A stretch of DNA of 64,000 nt from Candidatus Peribacter sp. UBA6535 (GTDB lineage: Bacteria > Patescibacteriota > Gracilibacteria > Peribacterales > Peribacteraceae): positions 4,055 to 68,054 of the forward strand of contig DJKT01000001.1 of assembly GCA_002436205.1 (NCBI GenBank), written 5' to 3'. Numbering within the stretch: the stretch's first letter is position 1; each line of letters begins with the position of its first letter. Shown one piece after another: positions 52,720 to 62,508 of this stretch. Made by a program: the position numbers and the translations under genes. The notes beneath the pieces were generated by a model. The model did no database searches and was not told the origin of the DNA. It worked only from the letters and a program-made list of their open reading frames with translations.

Positions 52720-54155
52720 CCTGCAGCTTCTGCCTCTTTTTCGTCTTTAAAGTACACGCGGTTTTCCTCTTTGATCTTCTTTCCTCCTGCAGAGTCTGAA
52801 GCGTAATACTTCTTACCAGTCTTGGAGGCGACGAAGGCTGCGTCAGGAGCATCGCCAACATCCATGCTGAGTTGCTCAGCTTTATCGGTCTTCTTTGCTT
52901 TCTCCTTCTTTTCCTTCTTCTCAACTTTTTCCTCCTTTGTATCCTTTGGCTCTTCTGCATCCTTTACATCTTTTGTCTTCGCGGCAGCTTTTTCCTCCTT
53001 CGCTTTCTTCTCTTCCTCAGCTGCCTGCTCTGCTTTGATCTTTTCGAGAGTTTCTTTATCAATAGGGAGAAGTGCTTTTACAGAAAGTCCGATACGGCGC
53101 TCATCAATATCAATATTGATTACCTGTGCATCTACCTTCTGTCCGATAGTCAGTACTTCTGATGGGTCTTCTACTTTAAGGTGAGCGAGTTCTGTCAGGT
53201 GCACAAGACCATTGATGTCTCTCTCCAAACGGAGGAAGGCACCGTAGTCTGCAAAGCGCACAACGGAACCGGATACCTTTTTACCAACAGGATATCGCTC
53301 GGCAATCTCTTCCCATGGGTCAGTGGTAAGCTGCTTAATAGAGAGACTGAGCTTGTCACCCTCGAGGCCGATGATCTTTACGCGTACCTTGTCTCCGACT
53401 TGTGCGTGCTCGGATGGGTTTTTTACGTGTCCCCATGCAATCTCAGAAATGTGCACCAGTCCTTCAAGGCCATCGAAGGCTACGAAGACTCCAAACTTCA
53501 CGATGCCTGTAACCATACCGTCTTTCTCGTCTCCAATCTTGAGGGATTCCAAGGACTTCGATCGTTCTTCGGCCATAGCCTCGCGCTCGGATACGACAAT
53601 CTTTCCGGCTTCCTCATCCATAGTAATAATCTTTACAGTGAAGACGTGACCAATGTACTTCGCAAGTCGTGAGATGATTTCGCTGCTATCTGCATTGTTT
53701 ACTCTAGGGTAGTGCATAGGTGCCAGTTGGCTTACTGGCAGGAATGTTCGAATACCATCAATGTTTGCAAGAAGACCTCCTTTGTTTGCTTCCTGTGCTG
53801 CAAACTTCATTGTTCCTTGTGTATCAACAAGCTCGTGGAACCTGTCCCACGCCTTTTGCTGACTCGCCATACGAAGGCTGAGCACAACCATACCTTCATC
53901 GTTTTCATCCTCCAATACCAGTGCCATCACTTCATCACCGACTTTCAGATCTTTAAAGGTGTTAAAAGAATCACGGAGCTCTCGTCCGGATACAATTCCT
54001 ACTGCAATACCGTTTATATCTATAAGAAGTTTATTCTTTCCACGGTAGACCACTTTACCTTCTACGGACTCACCGGGACGAACTCTAAGAGGTTCTGGGG
54101 CGTCCTTGAGGAGCGCTTCCATAAGATCTGATTTCTCTGCAGTAGCATTAGCCAT
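52707..54155 (-). CDS. rpsA: 30S ribosomal protein S1 with a Lys/Glu-rich C-terminal extension
   Basis: ORF trimmed to ATG 54155. Four S1/OB repeats (G..V.G.V.......v.i..g..G.vh.SE). The tail ends in a short KKYYASDS...ENRVYFKDEKEAEAAGYSA module. Confidence 0.9.
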   Translation of the reverse strand: MANATAEKSDLMEALLKDAPEPLRVRPGESVEGKVVYRGKNKLLIDINGIAVGIVSGRELRDSFNTFKDLKVGDEVMALVLEDENDEGMVVLSLRMASQQKAWDRFHELVDTQGTMKFAAQEANKGGLLANIDGIRTFLPVSQLAPMHYPRVNNADSSEIISRLAKYIGHVFTVKIITMDEEAGKIVVSEREAMAEERSKSLESLKIGDEKDGMVTGIVKFGVFVAFDGLEGLVHISEIAWGHVKNPSEHAQVGDKVRVKIIGLEGDKLSLSIKQLTTDPWEEIAERYPVGKKVSGSVVRFADYGAFLRLERDINGLVHLTELAHLKVEDPSEVLTIGQKVDAQVINIDIDERRIGLSVKALLPIDKETLEKIKAEQAAEEEKKAKEEKAAAKTKDVKDAEEPKDTKEEKVEKKEKKEKAKKTDKAEQLSMDVGDAPDAAFVASKTGKKYYASDSAGGKKIKEENRVYFKDEKEAEAAGYSA

Positions 54156-54280
54156 AGTAAATAGGGGGTGCAAGTGGGAGGAATAAAGGGGGTTTTCCGG
54201 TTGCCCTTGCACGAGCAACAAACCGAAAGTGAGCTTATTTTCCACTAATACGGTCTTCAGTCAACTATATTGACCTATTT

Positions 54281-54982
54281 TTAGAGCTGTAGCTGTGCTG
54301 TGTTTAAGTCCTTGGGCAGTTTTTGCTCCTGACTTGTCTTGGGGTTGTATATCTCGTAATACAGCTCAATGAGCTCCATGGTCGTTAGGCGCCTTGTAGA
54401 GAGGCCAATATTGCGTAGTCCAGCATCTACCAAGTTTACTCGATCTTTTAGCTTCGCTACCTTCTCGTTAAAGTACTTACGGCGGTAGGTAATTTTGGAT
54501 GAAGAATCATCAATACCGATCCAAGAGAAGAATTGTGACAGTGGAGATTTCTTTTCCTCTGCGTCATCAAGAGGAATCACTACGAGGAATTTCTTCTGCA
54601 TAATGTCTGCAACTTCCACAATCTTTTCGACAAACACAGCATAGGATTCTGTCTGTTCACGCAGGAGCTCGTTTTCTTGGGCGATAGCTTTTTGGTGAAT
54701 CTGTTCAATGTATGGGTCGATGTTTACTTTGGTTGAGCGTACAACAATCTGTAGAGGGAAGGTGAGTGTATTAATGAATGCTTCATATCCTGCGATAATA
54801 CCTTGCTGCTCGGTTTCACTCTTTAGGTTAAAGTTCAGTGTTTCGACGTCTAGTACAGCACGTAAGCCTCCTTTTTTGAGAAGTACTGTATCGTTACGGA
54901 TCTCAGAGATGGGTACGAAGCGCTGTGTCGCAACCTTCTTGTTTCGTGAACGCCTGCGGATGCTTTTTATTTTCTTAGGCAT
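54281..54982 (-). CDS. VirB4/TrbE N-terminal-domain-like protein lacking an ATPase domain
   Basis: ATG 54982 overlaps the PrgI-like stop (ATGCCTAA). The pattern QRFVPISEIRNDTVLLKKGGLRAVL.V...NF.LKSE.EQ..II..Y..F.N.L.FP.QIVVRS resembles the N-terminus of Gram-positive/CPR VirB4-like proteins. No Walker motifs. Confidence 0.5.
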   Translation of the reverse strand: MPKKIKSIRRRSRNKKVATQRFVPISEIRNDTVLLKKGGLRAVLDVETLNFNLKSETEQQGIIAGYEAFINTLTFPLQIVVRSTKVNIDPYIEQIHQKAIAQENELLREQTESYAVFVEKIVEVADIMQKKFLVVIPLDDAEEKKSPLSQFFSWIGIDDSSSKITYRRKYFNEKVAKLKDRVNLVDAGLRNIGLSTRRLTTMELIELYYEIYNPKTSQEQKLPKDLNTAQLQL

Positions 54983-55538
54983 GTGAAGGTGGAGGGATAA
55001 AGGGAGGCGCGATGTCATCTACAGGTTTCTCCCGTTTTTCTGCTTTTATGCGATTACGATTAACAGGTTTCTGCACCTGTTGCTCATCGTTCTCCAGTTC
55101 ATTTTCGGCTGGACCTTGGTCAAGTACGCGACTCAGTTCTCCTATTTGCGTGTTCCCCTTTTGCTCAGTTTTCTTTTGTACTGCTTGGTTTTTCTTTTGT
55201 CTCGGCGCTTTGGTAACAATGTTGATATGGATGCCTTGTCTAGGAATCCAAATGCGGGTAGCAGGCTTATCAAGTCTTTCGATAGAAAGAAGTACTATAC
55301 GGAGCAAACTGATACCGTTGATCTTTACAAATGCAAATACAATACCAATAACTGTTGGTGTCCATGCCATAGATGTCTGCGCAGTACTTACAGGACCACC
55401 TGTCTTCATGGCTGCCCAGATAGCGTAGCTGATACCCACTGAGATCATAACAATCATCAGCTGACGTAGTGTTATAGGACCGATAATACGGTCTTCTACG
55501 TATACGTTCTGTGGAATTTTGACAGGGTCGATAGCCAT
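54975..55538 (-). CDS. PrgI-family (T4SS-associated) small membrane protein
   Basis: VKIPQNVYVEDRIIGPITLRQL followed by two TM helices, the signature I recall for PrgI-family proteins. It has a polar C-terminal tail. Confidence 0.6.
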   Translation of the reverse strand: MAIDPVKIPQNVYVEDRIIGPITLRQLMIVMISVGISYAIWAAMKTGGPVSTAQTSMAWTPTVIGIVFAFVKINGISLLRIVLLSIERLDKPATRIWIPRQGIHINIVTKAPRQKKNQAVQKKTEQKGNTQIGELSRVLDQGPAENELENDEQQVQKPVNRNRIKAEKREKPVDDIAPPFIPPPSHA

Positions 55539-55617
55539 GGATATAAGTTTTTATGTAATTCTTAGTATTTTACCACGAATCAGCAATTCTCACGAGGGGA
55601 GGGGTGTTGCGTTTTTA

Positions 55618-58221
55618 CTATTTTGTGGCTTCCTTTGCTTCCTCAATTTTCACTGCATTTCGCGATTTTCGCTCTCCATGGAGGAAATCGAGCTTATCCT
55701 TGCCCTTTTTGACAATGCGGATGATGTCACCTTCCTCAAAGATACCCTTGAGAATGTGTTCGGCTACCTCATCTTCTATTCGCTCTTGAATTACGCGTCT
55801 CACAGGCCTGGCTCCATATTCTGGGTCAAATCCCAGTTCACCTAGGAGATTAATAGCCTTCTGATCTATCTCTAATGAGAATCCTTTGTCCTTTAAGCGT
55901 GCCTCGAGCATGTCGAGATGCATCTTAACGATTTTGCGAATGGAATGCTGGTCGAGGGCATTAAAGACCATAATGTGGTCGATACGGTTGATAAACTCAG
56001 GCCTTAGATGATCTTTGAGTTCTGCGATCACTTCTTTTCGCTTTTCTTCGTATGCTTTTTCTTCTGCTACAGCATCTTCCTCCAGTTTGAATCCAATCTT
56101 TGCCGCTTGTTTCGTTAGCTTGTCTGCACCGATGTTACTGGTCATTACGATGATGGTGTTTCTAAAGTCTACTTGTTTACCCTGTGCATCTGTAAGGACA
56201 CCATCTTCGAGGATTTGCAGTAGAATGTTAAAGAACTCGGGATGTGCTTTTTCGATCTCATCAAACAAGACTACGGAGTACGGTTTGCGTCGAACTGCTT
56301 CTGTCAGCTGACCACCTTCTTCATATCCAACGTATCCGGCTGTTGCTCCTACGAGACGGGAGACATTGTGCTTCTCCATAAACTCAGACATATCAATCTT
56401 GATGAGTGCGTCTTCACGGTTGAAGATCTCTGAGGCAATAGTACGTACGAGTTCTGTCTTACCTACTCCTGTAGGACCAAGGAAGAGGAATGATCCCGTT
56501 GGACGCTTCTGATCGCCGATACCAATACGGCTACGACGAATAGCACGAGCTACTTTCTTAATAGCATCATCTTGTCCGATAACATGTTTGCGCATAACAA
56601 CTTCGAGGTTCTGGAGTTTCTTGCGGTCAGACTTCAGAAGCCTTGTCACAGGAATGCCAGTCATGCGACCGATAACATGTGCGATGTCATCGTTATCAAT
56701 TTTGAGAGGAGTACGTTTGTCACCATCAGCAGCAGCACGCATTTCTCCGATCTTCTCTTGTAGAATCTGTTGTTCCTGCTTGAGCTTGAGTGCTGTGTGA
56801 TACTTTTGTTCTTTTACAGCAGACTGCTGCTTGGCAACCAGCTTCTCGAGCTTGTCTTCTAGCTTTTTAAGTTCTGGGTTTGCATCCATCTCTTGCAGAC
56901 TGCGTCCTGCTGCAGCTTCATCCAGTACGTCGATTGCTTTATCCGGCAGGAATCGGTCGGAAATATATCTCTTACTAAGCATGACAGATGCTTCGAGAGC
57001 TTCGTCAGTGATCTCGAGATTATGGAACTCCTCAAACCCCTTACGGATACCCTTAAGAATTTGAATAGAATCTTCCACAGATGGTTCGGGGACCGAAATG
57101 GATTGGAATCTCCTTTCGAGTGCACGATCTTTTTCTATTGCTCGGTACTCATCCAGAGTGGTAGCTCCTACAACTTGGATAGCTCCACGAGAAAGGGCTG
57201 GCTTTAAAATGTTTGCCGCATCCAGAGAACCTTCTGCAGATCCGGCTCCCACAACGGTATGGATTTCATCAATAAAGAGAATGATCTCATTTTCGCTTTG
57301 CAGAGCCTCTTTGATGATGTCATCAAAGCGTTGCTCAAACTCTCCGCGATACTTGGTACCTGCAATGAGTGACCCCATGTTTAGTACGAGCACTCGTTTA
57401 TTTTTGAGCGTACTAGGAACGTTTCCATCACTGATGCGCTGTGCAAGTCCTTCGATAATGGCAGTCTTACCAACACCGGGTTCTCCAATGAGTACGGGGT
57501 TGTTTTTCGTTTTACGATTGAGGATGTGTACTACTCGTTCTATTTCTTCGTCACGACCAACAATAGGGTCAATCTTTCCTTCCTTTGCGCGTTCTATTAA
57601 GTCATCTGTAAAGTAATCAAGAACAGGTGTTTTACTCTTGCCATCTGCTTTTTGCTTTTTGAGTGCATCAGGATCTGCAGACACCATTCCGTTTTGCATA
57701 CCAACAATTGCACCTTGAAGTCCTTGGAAGAATGATTCAAGTGATTGTTCCATGTTGCGACCTTGTGACTTAAATTGAGAGATTTGTCCAAACATTTCTT
57801 CTACGTGGGATTTCAAATCCTCAGGTTCTACCTGCATTTGTTCTAGTAACATTGTTGCTGCGTTCTTTCCTGTACTAACAAGTGAGTGCAACAGGTGCTC
57901 TGTTCCCACATTTGCGTGACGGAACTTGTGGGCAGTAATGACACTCTGTTCAATAACATTGTGGAGGTAGGTCGATAGCCCGTGCTTGATATGCTTTCCT
58001 TCTATACTCGGTGTCTTCATCGACTTCAGCAAGATACGAACGTTCTCCTGGGTAACCCCTGCTCCTGTAAAGATAGAAAACCCCAAAGACTTTGGAATAC
58101 TGAGAAGACCAAGCAACAAGTGCTCGGATCCTATGTAGTTACTCTTCATGTTCTTTGCTTCCTGCTCTGCAATTTGCAGTGCAAGTTTGGCGTTGGGAGT
58201 AAAGCGATCGAAGGGGTGCAT
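55618..58221 (-). CDS. clpC: AAA+ chaperone ClpC (ATP-dependent Clp protease ATP-binding subunit)
   Basis: Clp_N repeats, two Walker A motifs (GEPGVGKT, GPTGVGKT), a short coiled-coil middle domain of about 60 aa, and a ClpP-docking IGF loop (KIGFKL). Confidence 0.93.
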   Translation of the reverse strand: MHPFDRFTPNAKLALQIAEQEAKNMKSNYIGSEHLLLGLLSIPKSLGFSIFTGAGVTQENVRILLKSMKTPSIEGKHIKHGLSTYLHNVIEQSVITAHKFRHANVGTEHLLHSLVSTGKNAATMLLEQMQVEPEDLKSHVEEMFGQISQFKSQGRNMEQSLESFFQGLQGAIVGMQNGMVSADPDALKKQKADGKSKTPVLDYFTDDLIERAKEGKIDPIVGRDEEIERVVHILNRKTKNNPVLIGEPGVGKTAIIEGLAQRISDGNVPSTLKNKRVLVLNMGSLIAGTKYRGEFEQRFDDIIKEALQSENEIILFIDEIHTVVGAGSAEGSLDAANILKPALSRGAIQVVGATTLDEYRAIEKDRALERRFQSISVPEPSVEDSIQILKGIRKGFEEFHNLEITDEALEASVMLSKRYISDRFLPDKAIDVLDEAAAGRSLQEMDANPELKKLEDKLEKLVAKQQSAVKEQKYHTALKLKQEQQILQEKIGEMRAAADGDKRTPLKIDNDDIAHVIGRMTGIPVTRLLKSDRKKLQNLEVVMRKHVIGQDDAIKKVARAIRRSRIGIGDQKRPTGSFLFLGPTGVGKTELVRTIASEIFNREDALIKIDMSEFMEKHNVSRLVGATAGYVGYEEGGQLTEAVRRKPYSVVLFDEIEKAHPEFFNILLQILEDGVLTDAQGKQVDFRNTIIVMTSNIGADKLTKQAAKIGFKLEEDAVAEEKAYEEKRKEVIAELKDHLRPEFINRIDHIMVFNALDQHSIRKIVKMHLDMLEARLKDKGFSLEIDQKAINLLGELGFDPEYGARPVRRVIQERIEDEVAEHILKGIFEEGDIIRIVKKGKDKLDFLHGERKSRNAVKIEEAKEATK

Positions 58222-58372
58222 AGTGGTAGGGAGTAGGCTTGCGAACCTGTATATATTGTAATCGAGTTGTTGATTAAGGTTCCAACTATTATAGCAAAAA
58301 TAAGAACTACATGGCAGTTACAGAAACAACGTAAATGTCGTGTTATTGTGCTTTGGCAAGTTTAATGTTCTT

Positions 58373-59620
58373 CTACTTCTTTCCTCCAATACGCCAATCT
58401 TCGAGGAAGATTGTAATCAGCGTAGTTGTAGGAACAGCAAGCATGATACCGAGAACAGGGTGAACGGTATCTGGGAAACTTACACCAACAAGCATGGCGA
58501 AGAGAATGGCTATAGGAGAAAGGCCTACAGCACGCTTCATAATGAGCGGTACGAGGAGGTTATTTTCACACCATTGAATAATGTAGTACACACCCATAGT
58601 CACGAGTCCCATGACAAATCCTCCTTGTGTAAAGGCGATGAGTACAGCAGGTACTGCTGCAATAAATGGACCAATAGCGGGAATAAATTCACAAATACCT
58701 GCAAGAACGGCAAGCGTTAGTGCGTATGGCATACGGAGGATAAGCAGGGCTACCAGTGTCAGTGAGAAAATTGTAAGCATGAGCAGCAGCTCTCCTCTGG
58801 CCCATTGGCCAATCTTGGAGTGCATTGCTTCGAACTTGTTGTCGAGGTAGACACGGTAGTCTACTGGGAAGAACGATCGGAACCATCGGATGATTCCCTC
58901 CTTTTCTATCTGCATAAAGAACGCAAGCACCAACACAATAAGCATGCTGATGAAGAAGTTCACCACATTACCTGCTACGCGCGTTGCAAAGCGCACACCA
59001 CCTTGAGCTGCCGATGAAAGGCTTTGTCCAAATTGCGCTAGTGCATCCGTAAACTGATTGATGTTGAGGTTTTGCAGTGTGGAGTTTACAAGCCCTGTTA
59101 AGCGTACATTCACGTCATCTTTAACGAGTGGCAGATCGATTTTTGGATTACTGAGGAATGCATCGACTTCTGCAGAGATGATGATAGCGATGCCCTGAAT
59201 TTGCTCTGCAATGATCGGAATAAATGAGAGCAACAAAAAGAGCAGGATAAAAATAGCGAAGAAGTAATGTACCAATATGGCAATACCTCTGGGAAATCCC
59301 CGGCGTTCCATTTGGTCAACACTTGGATCTATAACTGCGGCAATAAATGCAGCCAGAAGTAGCAGCAGAATCTTGTCGCGTAGGTGATAGACCAAAATAG
59401 TACCTGCGGCGATAGCAAGAATACCAAAAGCAGCTCGTATAACACTCTGCACGGAAATGTGCATAACTACTTCGTCATGTCTTTTTGCTGGACTCGGCCT
59501 GCGCACAGATTTTTTTGAAGAACTTTGATCTGAGTTTTTAGCACGTTGCAGAAGTCGTTGTGCTTTTTTGCCGATGACACGCATGGAGGTAAAAGCGTTC
59601 TGAGATTTCTTAGCAGGCAT
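58373..59620 (-). CDS. AI-2E family transporter (PerM/UPF0118)
   Basis: ORF trimmed to ATG 59620. Eight TM segments with the typical C-terminal ...LAGICEFIPAIGPFIAAVPAVLIAF motif. Confidence 0.85.
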   Translation of the reverse strand: MPAKKSQNAFTSMRVIGKKAQRLLQRAKNSDQSSSKKSVRRPSPAKRHDEVVMHISVQSVIRAAFGILAIAAGTILVYHLRDKILLLLLAAFIAAVIDPSVDQMERRGFPRGIAILVHYFFAIFILLFLLLSFIPIIAEQIQGIAIIISAEVDAFLSNPKIDLPLVKDDVNVRLTGLVNSTLQNLNINQFTDALAQFGQSLSSAAQGGVRFATRVAGNVVNFFISMLIVLVLAFFMQIEKEGIIRWFRSFFPVDYRVYLDNKFEAMHSKIGQWARGELLLMLTIFSLTLVALLILRMPYALTLAVLAGICEFIPAIGPFIAAVPAVLIAFTQGGFVMGLVTMGVYYIIQWCENNLLVPLIMKRAVGLSPIAILFAMLVGVSFPDTVHPVLGIMLAVPTTTLITIFLEDWRIGGKK

Positions 59621-59631
59621 GAGAGAGGGGG

Positions 59632-59991
59632 TTAACCACCAATGGCAGAAATGATGAAGTCCATAATAAAGAAGGACGTTGCAGCCATTATGAATCCAAT
59701 GATAGCCCAAGTAAGCCTATTTTTACCAGACTCGCTACTTCCGCCTGGCAAACTACCGATGACAATCTCGTATCCTGCAAAGATAATCATCACTATGGCA
59801 ATACCTGCTGCAAACCCAAAGACAAATCTGATTGTGTGTGCAATGAAGGCGGGTATGCATTGGCCTGCGTTGATAAAGCCTTCTGTAAAGTCACATCCAA
59901 CACTTTTGAGACTCGAATCAATGAGTGAGGGCGTGCTTGCGGCCTTAGCAATGGGTGCTAGTAGAGAGGAGAAAAGACTGTTCATCGACAC
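59632..59991 (-). CDS. Small two-TM secreted/membrane protein, possibly a TrbC/VirB2-like pilin
   Basis: Signal-like N-terminus, then two long hydrophobic helices separated by a short polar loop (GSLPGGSSESGKNR). Weak, topology-based call. Confidence 0.4.
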   Translation of the reverse strand: MSMNSLFSSLLAPIAKAASTPSLIDSSLKSVGCDFTEGFINAGQCIPAFIAHTIRFVFGFAAGIAIVMIIFAGYEIVIGSLPGGSSESGKNRLTWAIIGFIMAATSFFIMDFIISAIGG

Positions 59992-60065
59992 TATGTTGCC
60001 ACAGCAGCGATTCTCACAGAGTCTTTCTGGCTTTACAAAGCCATATTTTGTTATACTTTGCTTCG

Positions 60066-61028
60066 ATGGCGTTTTCGTGGGAATCCTATCGCCGGCCGAT
60101 GATCTGCCTTGCTCCTATGGCAGGAGTGACAGATGCATCCTATAGGCAGCTTATTAAGAAGCTTGCTCCGGAGACTATTGTGTACACAGAGTTCCTCAGT
60201 ACAGATGCTATTCATTACGGTGCAAAGAAAACGATGAAGGAGTTGGAGTTTGATAAAGAGGATGAACATCCGTTTATCGTGCAGGTGTTTGGCAAAGAGC
60301 CGGAACATTTTTTGTCTGCTGCAAAGGTGATAGAAGAAATGGGTGCAGATGGTATCGATATTAATATGGGATGTCCGGCAGCCAAGGTGGTATCCAGCTG
60401 TCATGGATCTTCCCTTATGAAAAATGCAGACCTCGCGAAGCGTCTAGTGGAAGCTACAACAAAGGAAGTATCAATTCCTGTATCTGTAAAAACACGTTTG
60501 GGTTGGGACTCAATTGATGATCTCATTCCCTTTTGCAAAGGACTCATTGATGCGGGTGCGCAGGCGCTTGCAATCCACGGCCGAACGTACGAAGGAAAGT
60601 TTGGTGGAGAAGCAGACTGGGATCCGATCTATGAGCTGAAGGAAAATATCTCCGTTCCGGTTATCGGAAACGGGGACATCAACTGCGCGCAAGACGCATT
60701 GGATAAAATCGGTAACCTTGATGGGGTAATGGTGGGTCGCGGAACATTTGGGAATCCCTGGTTGATGAAAGACATTGCCGATGCATTAATTCATGGAAAA
60801 CCCCCGGGGGAACCAACGGTCAAAACAATTAGCTTTAAAGAAAAAATCCCGTTCATCATCGAACACTGTGAACTTGCAGTAAAAGTAAAAGGACAGAAGA
60901 GGGGAATGCTGGAGATGCGCAGACACTTGGCAAGTTATGTTAAAGGGATTGATGGAGCATCGGAGCTTCGATCACGTCTTGTACGAGTAGAGAGTGTTGA
61001 GGAGGTGGAGAGTATTTTGTGTGCTTAG
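60066..61028 (+). CDS. dus: tRNA-dihydrouridine synthase
   Basis: ORF trimmed to ATG 60066. LAPMAGVTD, DINMGCP, catalytic-Cys region and GNGDI motifs. Confidence 0.9.
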   Translation: MAFSWESYRRPMICLAPMAGVTDASYRQLIKKLAPETIVYTEFLSTDAIHYGAKKTMKELEFDKEDEHPFIVQVFGKEPEHFLSAAKVIEEMGADGIDINMGCPAAKVVSSCHGSSLMKNADLAKRLVEATTKEVSIPVSVKTRLGWDSIDDLIPFCKGLIDAGAQALAIHGRTYEGKFGGEADWDPIYELKENISVPVIGNGDINCAQDALDKIGNLDGVMVGRGTFGNPWLMKDIADALIHGKPPGEPTVKTISFKEKIPFIIEHCELAVKVKGQKRGMLEMRRHLASYVKGIDGASELRSRLVRVESVEEVESILCA

Positions 61029-61702
61029 ATTGCAACTCTTACCCCCGGCCCCATACTTGGACAGATAGAAATAGTCTTGATGTACTCACCCTTGATTCCC
61101 ACAGGTTGAGCATCTTTGATTTCACTCAAGATCACTTCGAGGTTTTCTTTCAGCTTGTCTCCACCAAAGGAAACCTTACCAAATACCGCGTGGATGATTC
61201 CCTGTTTGTCCATCTTACATTCGATGCGACCTTTCTTGAGTTCATCAATCGCCTTAGCAATATCCGTAGTTACGGTACCGGCTTTGGGGTTTGGCATTAG
61301 TCCTCGCTGACCGAGGATTTTCGCAACTTTACCAAGATCCTTCATGACATCTGGTGATGCAACTGCGATATCGAAATCAATTTTCTCTTTGCTCACATCA
61401 GCAATCAACTCTGTAATACCTGCAATGTCTGCACCGGCTTTCTTGGCGGCGTCTGCTTGGTCGTCTGCTACGAATGCAGCGATACGTACCTTCTTTCCTG
61501 TTCCGTGTGGAAGAGCAACTGTTGTGCGCACCAGCTGATCTGCCTGAGCGGTATCAGCATTAATTTTGATGTGTACTTCTGCAGTAGCATCGAACTTGAC
61601 GGTACTGAGCTTGGGGAGAAGATCAGTAGCCTCTGCTACGGAATACACTTTTCCGTCTTCAATGAGTTTGAGACATTCTTTACGTGCTTTGGATTCAGCC
61701 AT
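61025..61702 (-). CDS. rplA: 50S ribosomal protein L1
   Basis: ORF trimmed to ATG 61702, preceded by AAGGAGG. FDATAEVHIKINAD, LPHGTGK and RGLMPNPKAGTVT motifs. Confidence 0.95.
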   Translation of the reverse strand: MAESKARKECLKLIEDGKVYSVAEATDLLPKLSTVKFDATAEVHIKINADTAQADQLVRTTVALPHGTGKKVRIAAFVADDQADAAKKAGADIAGITELIADVSKEKIDFDIAVASPDVMKDLGKVAKILGQRGLMPNPKAGTVTTDIAKAIDELKKGRIECKMDKQGIIHAVFGKVSFGGDKLKENLEVILSEIKDAQPVGIKGEYIKTISICPSMGPGVRVAI

Positions 61703-61831
61703 GATATTTTGGGGGGGACCCTCCTTCGCTCCTTTGGAGCTTCGGAAGGGCAAGTGTGGTGCTAACGCCTCATACGAGGCTCCCACAAGCAAAGTAGCGA
61801 TATCTTGGGGTAGAAACTAAGTAGATGCAAG

Positions 61832-61855
61832 AAAAAACCGGGGAAACCCCGGTTT
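61832..61855 (-). terminator. Rho-independent terminator between the membrane-protein gene and rplA
   Basis: On the minus strand: AAACCGGGG-TTT-CCCCGGTTT followed by further T residues. Confidence 0.75.
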
Positions 61856-61878
61856 ATTTATCAGATTTGATCCTGTGA

Positions 61879-62508
61879 TTACCTCTTTTTCTTTGTTGAG
61901 CGTTTCTTTGCCTTTGGACGAGAGGCGGAGGATCTTGCAGGAGCAGTCGTTACTTGTAATGCTTTCAGAAGTTCCCAGTCGTTGTTTCCCTTTGTACACC
62001 AACTCAGGAGCATTCCGTAGAGAAGGAGAACGAATGGTGTAACCCACCATCCAGTTTGGAAGGAAGCAAGAACTATACTGAGGAAGATGGAAATAGCAGA
62101 CAGAAGAGCCAGCATGTTTCCGATAATCTTCAGCGTTGTCATGTAGACAGCTTCTGCAACAGCCTTGGATGCACTATCGAGTCCACGAACTGCTTGGTCT
62201 TGCATAAGAAATAGCAGTCCTCCACAAGCAAATACTAGGAGAAGCGCGATGTATGTGCGACCAGTGTAGGCAACACCTGCAAAGACAGAGAATACTGTTG
62301 GCAGTGCACCAATGGTCATTAGTAGTACAGAGACACCATGCATTAAGAATGTGTAGATAGCATCACCAACGTGACGTGGTTTTGCACCGGGTACACTCAT
62401 GCTTGCGAGAAACAGTACCGTTAGAAAGAAGATGGTCAGGAGTGGTAGTACCAGACCGTAGAAGGATCCAATGAATCCGAAAATTGTAGTTAGGGGATTT
62501 TCAACCAT
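61879..62508 (-). CDS. Polytopic membrane protein inserted between rplK and rplA
   Basis: ORF trimmed to ATG 62508. Five or six TM helices and a Lys/Arg-rich C-terminal tail. No family recognised. Confidence 0.6.
   Translation of the reverse strand: MVENPLTTIFGFIGSFYGLVLPLLTIFFLTVLFLASMSVPGAKPRHVGDAIYTFLMHGVSVLLMTIGALPTVFSVFAGVAYTGRTYIALLLVFACGGLLFLMQDQAVRGLDSASKAVAEAVYMTTLKIIGNMLALLSAISIFLSIVLASFQTGWWVTPFVLLLYGMLLSWCTKGNNDWELLKALQVTTAPARSSASRPKAKKRSTKKKR

Noticed and set aside
55618-58221. Considered calling the AAA+ chaperone ClpB.
   Set aside because: The middle domain is short (about 60 aa) and a ClpP-docking IGF loop is present. Both features fit ClpC rather than ClpB.
58222-58340. CtsR or CIRCE operator upstream of clpC.
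   Set aside because: No GGTCAAA-type direct repeat and no TTAGCACTC-N9-GAGTGCTAA-like inverted repeat is present. Only a plausible extended -10 (TGCTATAAT, complement of 58288-58296) is visible.
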